Source: Utricularia gibba (taxonomy: Eukaryota; Plantae; Magnoliophyta). From it: a DNA stretch of 64,000 nt. The notes under the pieces are model-generated. The model did not search any database and was not told the origin of the DNA. It saw nothing but the letters and a program-made list of their open reading frames with translations. The stretch is taken from assembly GCA_002189035.1 (NCBI GenBank), contig NEEC01000042.1, positions 124,001 to 188,000 of the forward strand. Direction: 5' to 3'. The translations under genes and the position numbers were made by a program. Below, one piece after another: positions 7,539 through 19,800 of the stretch (positions are counted from its first letter, which is position 1; each line of letters starts with the position of its first letter).

Positions 7539-10500
7539 TGAGGAGGTGGTCTTGGGGGGCAAGAGGAACCAGACAACGGTCATATTAGGCTTGGGCCGAA
7601 AGTAAGTTGTAGCCCGGCAAAGAAAGTGTTGTATTTATTAACGTTCGGTTTTCAGGGTTGCCTACATGGTTTTCCAAGGAAAAGCTTTTCGTTTTGTGGC
7701 GGCCGCTCTCGCAGGGCACTTGGTCCGGGCCCCTGATTCTTTATGGCTCATGAGGACAAAAGTATGCAAATCGATGAAAATAATGATGCATTTGTTTAAA
7801 TTACGATGTCGCGTGCACCCCAAATGATTTGTTTAACAACATACTTTATACATGAGGAGGCGGTCTTGGGGGGCACTTGGAACCGGAAAAAGATCAGCTT
7901 AGGCTTGGGACGAAAGTAAGTTGTAGCCCGGCAAAGAAAGTGATGTATTTATTATCGTTCGGTTTACGGGGGCTTCCTACATGGTTTTTCAAGGAACATC
8001 TTCTCGTTTTATGGCGGCCAGTCTCGCTGGGAACTTGGTCCTTGACCCTGGTTCTGTATGGCTAATGGGGTCAACCGGATGCAAATCGATGAAAAAAAAT
8101 GATGCATTTGTTTAAATTGCGATATCACATGCACCCACATGATTTTTTCAACAACTTACTTTATACTTGAGGAGGCGATCTTAGGGTGCACCTCGAACAG
8201 GACAAAGGTAAGGTTTGGCTTGCGCCAAGAGTTAGTTGTAGCCCGACAAAGAAAGTGATGTATTTATTATCGTTCGGTTTTTGGGGTTGCCTACATGGTT
8301 TTTCAAGGAACATCTTCTCGTTTTGTGGCAGCCAGTCTCGCTGGGAGCTTTGTCCTGGACCCCGATTCTGTATGGCTCATGGGGTCAAAAGGATGCAAAT
8401 CGATGAATACAATGATGCATTTGTTTCAATTACGATATCACGTGCACCCCACATGATTTTTTCGACAACTTACTTTATACATGGGGAGGCGGTCTTGGGG
8501 GGTACCTGGAACCGGAAAATGGTCAGCTTAGGCTTGGGCCGATAGTAAGTTGTAGCCCGGCAAAGAAAGTGATGTATTTATTAACGTTCGGTTTTCGGGG
8601 TTGCCTACATGGTTTTTCAAGGAACATCTTCCGTTTTGTGGTGGCTAGTCTCGCTGGGAACTTTGTCCTGGACCTCGATTCTTTATGTCTTATGAGGTCA
8701 ACCGGATGCAAATCGATGAAAAAAATTGATGCATTTGTTTAAATTACGATATCACGTGCACCCTACATGATTTTTTCAACAACTTACTTTATACTTGAGG
8801 AGGTGGTCTTGGGGGGCAAGAGGAACCAGACAACGGTCATATTAGGCTTGGGCCGAAAGTAAGTTGTAGCCCGGCAAAGAAAGTGATGTATTTATTAACG
8901 TTCGGTTTTCAGGGTTGCCTACATGGTTTTCCAAGGAAAAGCTTTCGTTTTGTGGCGGCCCTCTCGCAGGGCACTTGGTCCGGGCCCCTGATTCTTTATG
9001 GCTCATGAGGACAAAAGGATGCAAATCGATGAAAATAATGATGCATTTGTTTAAATTACGATGTCGCGTGCACCCCAAATGATTTTTTTAACAACATACT
9101 TTATACATGAGGAGGCGGTCTTGGGGGGCACTTGGAACCGGAAAAAGATCAGCTTAGGCTTGGGACGAAAGTAAGTTGTAGCCCGGCAAAGAAAGTGATG
9201 TATTTATTATCGTTCGGTTTACGGGGGCTTCCTACATGGTTTTTCAAGGAACATCTTCTCGTTTTATGGCGGCCAGTCTCGCTGGGAACTTGGTCCTTGA
9301 CCCTGGTTCTGTATGGCTAATGGGGTCAACCGGATGCAAATCGATGAAAAAAAATGATGCATTTGTTTAAATTGCGATATCACATGCACCCCACATGATT
9401 TTTTCAACAACTTACTTTATACTTGAGGAGGCGATCTTAGGGTGCACCTCGAACAGGACAAAGGTAAGGTTTGGCTTGCGCCAAGAGTTAGTTGTAGCCC
9501 GACAAAGAAAGTGATGTATTTATTATCGTTCGGTTTTTGGGGTTGCCTACATGGTTTTTCAAGGAACATCTTCTCGTTTTGTGGCAGCCAGTCTCGCTGG
9601 GAGCTTTGTCCTGGACCCCGATTCTGTATGGCTCATGGGGTCAAAAGGATGCAAATCGATGAATACAATGATGCATTTGTTTCAATTACGATATCACGTG
9701 CACCCCACATGATTTTTTCGACAACTTACTTTATACATGGGGAGGCGGTCTTGGGGGGTACCTGGAACCGGAAAATGGTCAGCTTAGGCTTGGGCCGATA
9801 GTAAGTTGTAGCCCGGCAAGAAAGTGATGTATTTATTAACGTTCGGTTTTCGGGGTTGCCTACATGGTTTTTCAAGGAACATCTTCCCGTTTTGTGGTGG
9901 CTAGTCTCGCTGGGAACTTTGTCCTGGACCTCGATTCTTTATGTCTTATGAGGTCAACCGGATGCAAATCGATGAAAAAAATTGATGCATTTGTTTAAAT
10001 TACGATATCACGTGCACCCTACATGATTTTTTCAACAACTTACTTTATACTTGAGGAGGTGGTCTTGGGGGCAAGAGGAACCAGACAACGGTCATATTAG
10101 GCTTGGGCCGAAAGTAAGTTGTAGCCCGGCAAAGAAAGTGTTGTATTTATTAACGTTCGGTTTTCAGGGTTGCCTACATGGTTTTCCAAGGAAAAGCTTT
10201 TCGTTTTGTGGCGGCCGCTCTCGCAGGGCACTTGGTCCGGGCCCCTGATTCTTTATGGCTCATGAGGACAAAAGGATGCAAATCGATGAAAATAATGATG
10301 CATTTGTTTAAATTACGATGTCGCGTGCACCCCAAATGATTTTTTTTAACAACATACTTTATACATGAGGAGGCGGTCTTGGGGGGCACTTGGAACCGGA
10401 AAAAGATCAGCTTAGGCTTGGGACGAAAGTAAGTTGTAGCCCGGCAAAGAAAGTGATGTATTTATTATCGTTCGGTTTACGGGGGCTTCCTACATGGTTT

Positions 10501-13500
10501 TTCAAGGAACATCTTCTCGTTTTATGGCGGCCAGTCTCGCTGGGAACTTGGTCCTTGACCCTGGTTCTGTATGGCTAATGGGGTCAACCGGATGCAAATC
10601 GATGAAAAAAAATGATGCATTTGTTTAAATTGCGATATCACATGCACCCACATGATTTTTTCAACAACTTACTTTATACTTGAGGAGGCGATCTTAGGGG
10701 CACCTCGAACAGGACAAAGGTAAGGTTTGGCTTGCGCCAAGAGTTAGTTGTAGCCCGACAAAGAAAGTGATGTATTTATTATCGTTCGGTTTTTGGGGTT
10801 GCCTACATGGTTTTTCAAGGAACATCTTCTCGTTTTGTGGCAGCCAGTCTCGCTGGGAGCTTTGTCCTGGACCCGATTCTGTATGGCTCATGGGGTCAAA
10901 AGGATGCAAATCGATGAATACAATGATGCATTTGTTTCAATTACGATATCACATGCACCCCACATGATTTTTTCGACAACTTACTTTATACATGGGGAGG
11001 CGGTCTTGGGGGTACCTGGAACCGGAAAATGGTCAGCTTAGGCTTGGGCCGATAGTAAGTTGTAGCCCGGCAAAGAAAGTGATGTATTTATTATCGTTCG
11101 GTTTACGGGGGCTTCCTACATGGTTTTTCAAGGAACATCTTCTCGTTTTGTGGCAGCCAGTCTCGCTGGGAGCTTTGTCCTGGACCCCGATTCTGTATGG
11201 CTCATGGGGTCAAAAGGATGCAAATCGATGAATACAATGATGCATTTGTTTCAATTACGATATCACGTGCACCCCACATGATTTTTTCGACAACTTACTT
11301 TATACATGGGGAGGCGGTCTTGGGGGTACCTGGAACCGGAAAATGGTCAGCTTAGGCTTGGGCCGATAGTAAGTTGTAGCCCGGCAAGAAAGTGATGTAT
11401 TTATTAACGTTCGGTTTTCGGGGTTGCCTACATGGTTTTTCAAGGAACATCTTCCGTTTTGTGGTGGCTAGTCTCGCTGGGAACTTTGTCCTGGACCTCG
11501 ATTCTTTATGTCTTATGAGGTCAACCGGATGCAAATCGATGAAAAAAAATTGATGCATTTGTTTAAATTACGATATCACGTGCACCCTACATGATTTTTT
11601 CAACAACTTACTTTATACTTGAGGAGGTGGTCTTGGGGGGCAAGAGGAACCAGACAACGGTCATATTAGGCTTGGGCCGAAAGTAAGTTGTAGCCCGGCA
11701 AAGAAAGTGATGTATTTATTAACGTTCGGTTTTCAGGGTTGCCTACATGGTTTTCCAAGGAAAAGCTTTTCGTTTTGTGGCGGCCGCTCTCGCAGGGCAC
11801 TTGGTCCGGGCCCCTGATTCTTTATGGCTCATGAGGACAAAAGGATGCAAATCGATGAAAATAATGATGCATTTGTTTAAATTACGATGTCGCGTGCACC
11901 CCAAATGATTTTTTTAACAACATACTTTATACATGAGGAGGCGGTCTTGGGGGCACTTGGAACCGGAAAAAGATCAGCTTAGGCTTGGGCGAAAGTAAGT
12001 TGTAGCCCGGCAAAGAAAGTGATGTATTTATTATCGTTCGGTTTACGGGGGCTTCCTACATGGTTTTTCAAGGAACATCTTCTCGTTTTATGGCGGCCAG
12101 TCTCGCTGGGAACTTGGTCCTTGACCCTGGTTCTGTATGGCTAATGGGGTCAACCGGATGCAAATCGATGAAAAAAAATGATGCATTTGTTTAAATTGCG
12201 ATATCACGTGCACCCACATGATTTTTTAAACAACTTACTTTATACTTGAGGAGGCGATCTTAGGGTGCACCTCGAACAGGAAAAGGTAAGGTTTGGCTTG
12301 GCCAAGAGTTAGTTGTAGCCCGACAAAGAAAGTGATGTATTTATTATCGTTCGGTTTTTGGGGTTGCCTACATGGTTTTTCAAGGAACATCTTCCCGTTT
12401 TGTGGTGGCTAGTCTCGCTGGGAACTTTGTCCTGGACCCGATTCTTTATGTCTTATGAGGTCAACCGGATGCAAATCGATGAAAAAAATTGATGCATTTG
12501 TTTAAATTACGATATCACGTGCACCCTACATGATTTTTTCAACAACTTACTTTATACTTGAGGAGGTGGTCTTGGGGGCAAGAGGAACCAGACAACGGTC
12601 ATATTAGGCTTGGGCCGAAAGTAAGTTGTAGCCCGGCAAAGAAAGTGATGTATTTATTAACGTTCGGTTTTCAGGGTTGCCTACATGGTTTTCCAAGGAA
12701 AAGCTTTTCGTTTTGTGGCGGCCGCTCTCGCAGGGCACTTGGTCCGTGCCCCTGATTCTTTATGGCTCATGAGGACAAAAGGATGCAAATCGATGAAAAT
12801 AATGATGCATTTGTTTAAATTACGATGTCGCGTGCACCCCAAATGATTTTTTTAACAACATACTTTATACATGAGGAGGCGGTCTTGGGGGGCACTTGGA
12901 ACCGGAAAAGGATCAGCTTAGGCTTGGGCCGAAAGTAAGTTGTAGCCCGGCAAAGAAGTGATGTATTTATTATCGTTCGGTTTACGGGGGCTTCCTACAT
13001 GGTTTTTCAAGGAACATCTTCTCGTTTTGTGGCGGCCAGTCTCGCTGGGAACTTGGTCCTTGACCCTGGTTCTGTATGGCTAATGGGGTCAACCGGATGC
13101 AAATCGATGAAAAAAAATGATGCATTTGTTTAAATTGCGATATCACGTGCACCCCACATGATTTTTTCAACAACTTACTTTATACTTGAGGAGGCGATCT
13201 TGGGTGCACCTCGAACAGGACAAAGGTAAGGTTTGGCTTGCGCCAAGAGTTAGTTGTAGCCCGACAAAGAAAGTGATGTATTTATTATCGTTCGTTTTTG
13301 GGGTTGCCTACATGGTTTTTCAAGGAACATCTTCTCGTTTTGTGGCAGCCAGTCTCGCTGGGAGCTTTGTCCTGGACCCCGATTCTGTATGGCTCATGGG
13401 GTCAAAAGGATGCAAATCGATGAATACAATGATGCATTTGTTTCAATTACTATCACGTGCACCCACATGATTTTTTCGACAACTTACTTTATACATGGGG

Positions 13501-13805
13501 AGGCGGTCTTGGGGGGTACCTGGAACCGGAAAATGGTCAGCTTAGGCTTGGGCGATAGTAAGTTGTAGCCCGGCAAAGAAAGTGATGTATTTATTAACGT
13601 TCGGTTTTCGGGGTTGCCTACATGGTTTTCCAAGGAACTTTTCGTTTTGTGGTGGCTAGTCTCGCTGGGAACTTTGTCCTGGACCTCGATTCTTATGTCT
13701 TATGAGGTCAACCGGATGCAAATCGATGAAAAAAATTGATGCATTTGTTTAAATTACGATATCACGTGCACCCTACATGATTTTTTCAACAACTTACTTT
13801 ATACT
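7539..13805. repeat. 4-mer HOR (~1256 bp: A, B/E/C mosaic, D, F) twice, then 5-, 3- and 4-mer variants
   Basis: Type-A starts at 7539, 8796, 10052, 11620, 12559, 13806 (spacings 1257, 1256, 1568, 939, 1247); duplicated track ORFs at 7877/9132/10390 and 8186/9442. Confidence 0.9.
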
Positions 13806-16800
13806 TGAGGAGGTGGTCTTGGGGGCAAGAGGAACCAGACAACGGTCATATTAGGCTTGGGCCGAAAGTAAGTTAGCCCGGCAAAGAAAGTGATGTATTT
13901 ATTAACGTTCGGTTTTCAGGGTTGCCTACATGGTTTTCCAAGGAAAAGCTTTTCGTTTTGTGGCGGCCGTCTCGCAGGGCACTTGGTCCGGGCCCCTGAT
14001 TCTTTATGGCTCATGAGGACAAAAGGATGCAAATCGATGAAAATAATGATGCATTTGTTTAAATTACGATGTCGCGTGCACCCCAAATGATTTTTTTAAC
14101 AACATACTTTATACATGAGGAGGCGGTCTTGGGGGGCACTTGGAACCGGAAAAAGATCAGCTTAGGCTTGGGCCGAAAGTAAGTTGTAGCCCGGCAAAGA
14201 AAGTGATATTATTATCGTTCGGTTTTTGGGGGCCTACATGGTTTTTCAAGGAACATCTTCTCGTTTTGTGGTGGCTAGTCTCGCTGGGAACTGGTCCTTG
14301 ACCCCGATTCTGTATGGCTCATGGGGTCAACCGGATGCAAATCGAAGAAAAAAAATGATGCATTTGTTTAAATTACGATATCACGTGCACCCTACATGAT
14401 TTTTTCGACAACTTACTTTATACATGGGGAGGCGGTCTTGGGGGGTACCTGGAACCGGAAAATGGTCAGCGTAGGCTTGGGCCGATAGTAAGTTGTAGCC
14501 CGACAAATAAAGTAATGTATTTATTATCGTTCGGTTTTCGGGGCTGCCTAAATGCTTTTTGAAAGAACATCTTCTCGTTTTATGGCGGCCAGTCTCGCTG
14601 GAACTTGGTCCTTGACCCTGGTTCTGTATGGCTCATGGGGTCAACCGGATGCAAATCGATGAAAAAAAATGATGCATTTGTTTAAATTGCGATATCACGT
14701 GCACCCCACATGATTTTTTCAACAACTTACTTTATACTTGAGGAGGCGATCTTAGGGTGCACTCGAACAGGACAAAGGTAAGGTTTGGCTTGCGCCAAGA
14801 GTTAGTTGTAGCCCGACAAAGAAAGTGATGTATTTATTATCGTTCGGTTTTTGGGGTTGCCTACATGGTTTTTCAAGGAACATCTTCTCGTTTTGTGGCA
14901 GCCAGTCTCGCTGGGAGCTTTGTCCTGGACCCCGATTCTGTATGGCTCATGGGGTCAAAAGGATGCAAATCGATGAATACAATGATGCATTTGTTTCAAT
15001 TACGATATCACGTGCACCCACATGATTTTTTCGACAACTTACTTTATACATGGGGAGGCGGTCTTGGGGGGTACCTGGAACCGGAAAATGGTCAGCTTAG
15101 GCTTGGGCCGATAGTAAGTTGTAGCCCGGCAAAGAAAGTGATGTATTTATTATCGTTCGGTTTACGGGGGCTTCCTACATGGTTTTTCAAGGAACATCTT
15201 CTCGTTTTGTGGCGCCAGTCTCGCTGGGAGCTTTGTCCTGGACCCCGATTCTGTATGGCATGGGGTCAAAAGGATGCAAATCGATGAAACAATGATGCAT
15301 TTGTTTAATTACGATATCACGTGCACCCACATGATTTTTTCGACAACTTACTTTATACATGGGGAGGCGGTCTTGGGGACCTGGAACCGGAAAATGGTCA
15401 GCTTAGGCTTGGGCCGATAGTAAGTTGTAGCCCGGCAAAGAAAGTGATGTATTTATTATCGTTCGGTTTTCGGGGTTGCCTACATGGTTTTTCAAGGAAC
15501 ATCTTCTCGTTTTGTGGCAGCCAGTCTCGCTGGAACTTTGTCCTGGACCCGATTCTGTATGGCTCATGGGGTCAAAAGGATGCAAATCGATGAATACAAT
15601 GATGCATTTGTTTAAATTACGATATCACGTGCACCCCACATGATTTTTTCGACAACTTACTTTATACATGGGGAGGCGGTCTTGGGGGTACCTGGAACCG
15701 GAAAATGGTCAGCTTAGGCTTGGGCCGATAGTAAGTTGTAGCCCGGCAAAGAAAGTGATGTATTTATTAACGTTCGGTTTTCGGGGTTGCCTACATGGTT
15801 TTTCAAGGAACTTTTCGTTTTGTGGTGGCTAGTCTCGCTGGGAACTTTGTCCTGGACCCGATTCTTATGTCTTATGAGGTCAACCGGATGCAAATCGATG
15901 AAAAAAATTGATGCATTTGTTTAAATTACGATATCACGTGCACCCTACATGATTTTTTCAACAACTTACTTTATACTTGAGGAGGTGGTCTTGGGGGGCA
16001 AGAGGAACCAGACAACGGTCATATTAGGCTTGGGCCGAAAGTAAGTTTAGCCCGGCAAAGAAAGTGATGTATTTATTAACGTTCGGTTTTCAGGGTTGCC
16101 TACATGGTTTTCCAAGGAAAAGCTTTTCGTTTTGTGGCGGCCGCTCTCGCAGGGCACTTGGTCGGGCCCCTGATTCTTTATGGCTCATGAGGACAAAAGG
16201 ATGCAAATCGATGAAAATAATGATGCATTTGTTTAAATTACGATGTCGCGTGCACCCAAATGATTTTTTTAACAACATACTTTATACATGAGGAGGCGGT
16301 CTTGGGGGCACTTGGAACCGGAAAAAGATCAGCTTAGGCTTGGGCCGAAAGTAAGTTGTAGCCCGGCAAAGAAAGTGATGTATTTATTATCGTTCGGTTT
16401 TTGGGGTTGCCTACATGGTTTTTCAAGGAACATCTTTCGTTTTGTGGTGGCTAGTCTCGCTGGGAACATGGTCCTTGACCCGATTCTGTATGGCTCATGG
16501 GGTCAACCGGATGCAAATCGAAGAAAAAAAATGATGCATTTGTTTAAATTACGATATCACGTGCACCCTACATGATTTTTTCGACAACTTACTTTATACA
16601 TGGGGAGGCGGTCTTGGGGGTACCTGGAACCGGAAAATGGTCAGCGTAGGCTTGGGCCGATAGTAAGTTGTAGCCCGACAAATAAAGTAATGTATTTATT
16701 ATCGTTCGGTTTTCGGAAGCTGCCTAAATGCTTTTTGAAAAACATCTTCTCGTTTTATGGCGGCCAGTCTCGCTGGGAACTTGGTCCTTGACCCTGGTTC

Positions 16801-19800
16801 TGTATGGCTCATGGGGTCAACCGGATGCAAATCGATGAAAAAAATGATGCATTTGTTTAAATTGCGATATCACGTGCACCCCACATGATTTTTTCAACAA
16901 CTTACTTTATACTTGAGGAGGCGATCTTAGGGTGCACCTCGAACAGGACAAAGGTAAGGTTTGGCTTGCGCCAAGAGTTAGTTGTAGCCCGACAAAGAAA
17001 GTGATGTATTTATTATCGTTCGGTTTTGGGGTTGCCTACATGGTTTTTCAAGGAACATCTTCTCGTTTTGTGGCAGCCAGTCTCGCTGGGAGCTTTGTCC
17101 TGGACCCCGATTCTGTATGGCCCATGGGGTCAAAAGGATGCAAATCGATGAATACAATGATGCATTTGTTTCAATTACGATATCACGTGCACCCCACATG
17201 ATTTTTTCGACAACTTACTTTATACATGGGGAGGCGGTCTTGGGGGTACCTGGAACCGGAAAATGGTCAGCTTAGGCTTGGGCCGATAGTAAGTTGTAGC
17301 CCGGCAAAGAAAGTGATGTATTTATTATCGTTCGGTTTTCGGGGGCCTACATGGTTTTTCAAGGAACATCTTCCGTTTTGTGGTGGCCAGTCTCGCTGGG
17401 TCCTGGACCCCGATTCTTTATGGCTATGGGTCAAAAGGATGCAAATCGATGAATACAATGATGCATTTGTTTCAATTACGATATCACGTGCACCCCACAT
17501 GATTTTTTCGACAACTTACTTTATACATGGGGAGGCGGTCTTGGGGGTACCTGGAACCGGAAAATGGTCAGCTTAGGCTTGGGCCGATAGTAAGTTGTAG
17601 CCCGGCAAAGAAAGTGATGTATTTATTAACGTTCGGTTTTCGGGTTGCCTACATGGTTTTCCAAGGAACTTCGTTTTGTGGTGGCTAGTCTCGCTGGGAA
17701 CTTTGTCCTGGACCTCGATTCTTATGTCTTATGAGGTCAACCGGATGCAAATCGATGAAAAAAATTGATGCATTTGTTTAAATTACGATATCACGTGCAC
17801 CCTACATGATTTTTTCAACAACTTACTTTATACTTGAGGAGGTGGTCTTGGGGGGCAAGAGGAACCAGACAACGGTCATATTAGGCTTGGGCCGAAAGTA
17901 AGTTAGCCCGGCAAAGAAAGTGATGTATTTATTAACGTTCGGTTTTCAGGGTTGCCTACATGGTTTTCCAAGGAAAAGCTTTTCGTTTTGTGGCGGCCCT
18001 CTCGCAGGGCACTTGGTCCGGGCCCCTGATTCTTTATGGCTCATGAGGACAAAAGGATGCAAATCGATGAAAATAATGATGCATTTGTTTAAATTACGAT
18101 GTCGCGTGCACCCCAAATGATTTTTTTAACAACATACTTTATACATGAGGAGGCGGTCTTGGGGGCACTTGGAACCGGAAAAAGATCAGCTTAGGCTTGG
18201 GCCGAAAGTAAGTTGTAGCCCGGCAAAGAAAGTGATGTATTTATTATCGTTCGGTTTTTGGGGTTGCCTACATGGTTTTTCAAGGAACATCTTCTCGTTT
18301 TGTGGTGGCTAGTCTCGCTGGGAACATGGTCCTTGACCCCGATTCTGTATGGCTCATGGGGTCAACCGGATGCAAATCGAAGAAAAAAAAATGATGCATT
18401 TGTTTAAATTACGATATCACGTGCACCCTACATGATTTTTTCGACAACTTACTTTATACATGGGGAGCGGTCTTGGGGGTACCTGGAACCGGAAAATGGT
18501 CAGCGTAGGCTTGGGCCGATAGTAAGTTGTAGCCCGACAAATAAAGTAATGTATTTATTATCGTTCGGTTTTCGGGCTGCCTAAATGCTTTTTGAAAGAA
18601 CATCTTCTCGTTTTATGGCGGCCAGTCTCGCTGGGAACTTGGTCCTTGACCCTGGTTCTGTATGGCTCATGGGGTCAACCGGATGCAAATCGATGAAAAA
18701 AAATGATGCATTTGTTTAAATTGCGATATCACGTGCACCCCACATGATTTTTTCAACAACTTACTTTATACTTGAGGAGGCGATCTTAGGGTGCACCTCG
18801 AACAGGACAAAGGTAAGGTTTGGCTTGCGCCAAGAGTTAGTTGTAGCCGACAAAGAAAGTGATGTATTTATTATCGTTCGGTTTTTGGGGTTGCCTACAT
18901 GGTTTTTCAAGGAAATCTTCTCGTTTTGTGGCAGCCAGTCTCGCTGGGAGCTTTGTCCTGGACCCCGATTCTGTATGGCTCATGGGGTCAAAAGGATGCA
19001 AATCGATGAATACAATGATGCATTTGTTTCAATTACGATATCACGTGCACCCCACATGATTTTTTCGACAACTTACTTTATACATGGGGAGGCGGTCTTG
19101 GGGGTACCTGGAACCGGAAAATGGTCAGCTTAGGCTTGGGCCGATAGTAAGTTGTAGCCCGGCAAAGAAAGTGATGTATTTATTATCGTTCGGTTTACGG
19201 GGGCTTCCTACATGGTTTTTCAAGGAACATCTTCTCGTTTTGTGGCAGCCAGTCTCGCTGGGAGCTTTGTCCTGGACCCGATTCTGTATGGCTCATGGGT
19301 CAAAAGGATGCAAATCGATGAATACAATGATGCATTTGTTTCAATTACGATATCACGTGCACCCCACATGATTTTTTCGACAACTTACTTTATACATGGG
19401 GAGGCGGTCTTGGGGTACCTGGAACCGGAAAATGGTCAGCTTAGGCTTGGGCCGATAGTAAGTTGTAGCCCGGCAAAGAAAGTGATGTATTTATTATCGT
19501 TCGGTTTTCGGGTTGCCTACATGGTTTTTCAAGGAACATCTTCCGTTTTGTGGTGGCAGTCTCGCTGGGAACTTTGTCCTGGACCCGATTCTTTATGGCT
19601 TATGGGTCAAAAGGATGCAAATCGATGAATACAATGATGCATTTGTTTCAATTACGATATCACGTGCACCCCACATGATTTTTTCGACAACTTACTTTAT
19701 ACATGGGGAGGCGGTCTTGGGGGTACCTGGAACCGGAAAATGGTCAGCTTAGGCTTGGCCGATAGTAAGTTGTAGCCCGGCAAAGAAAGTGATGTATTTA

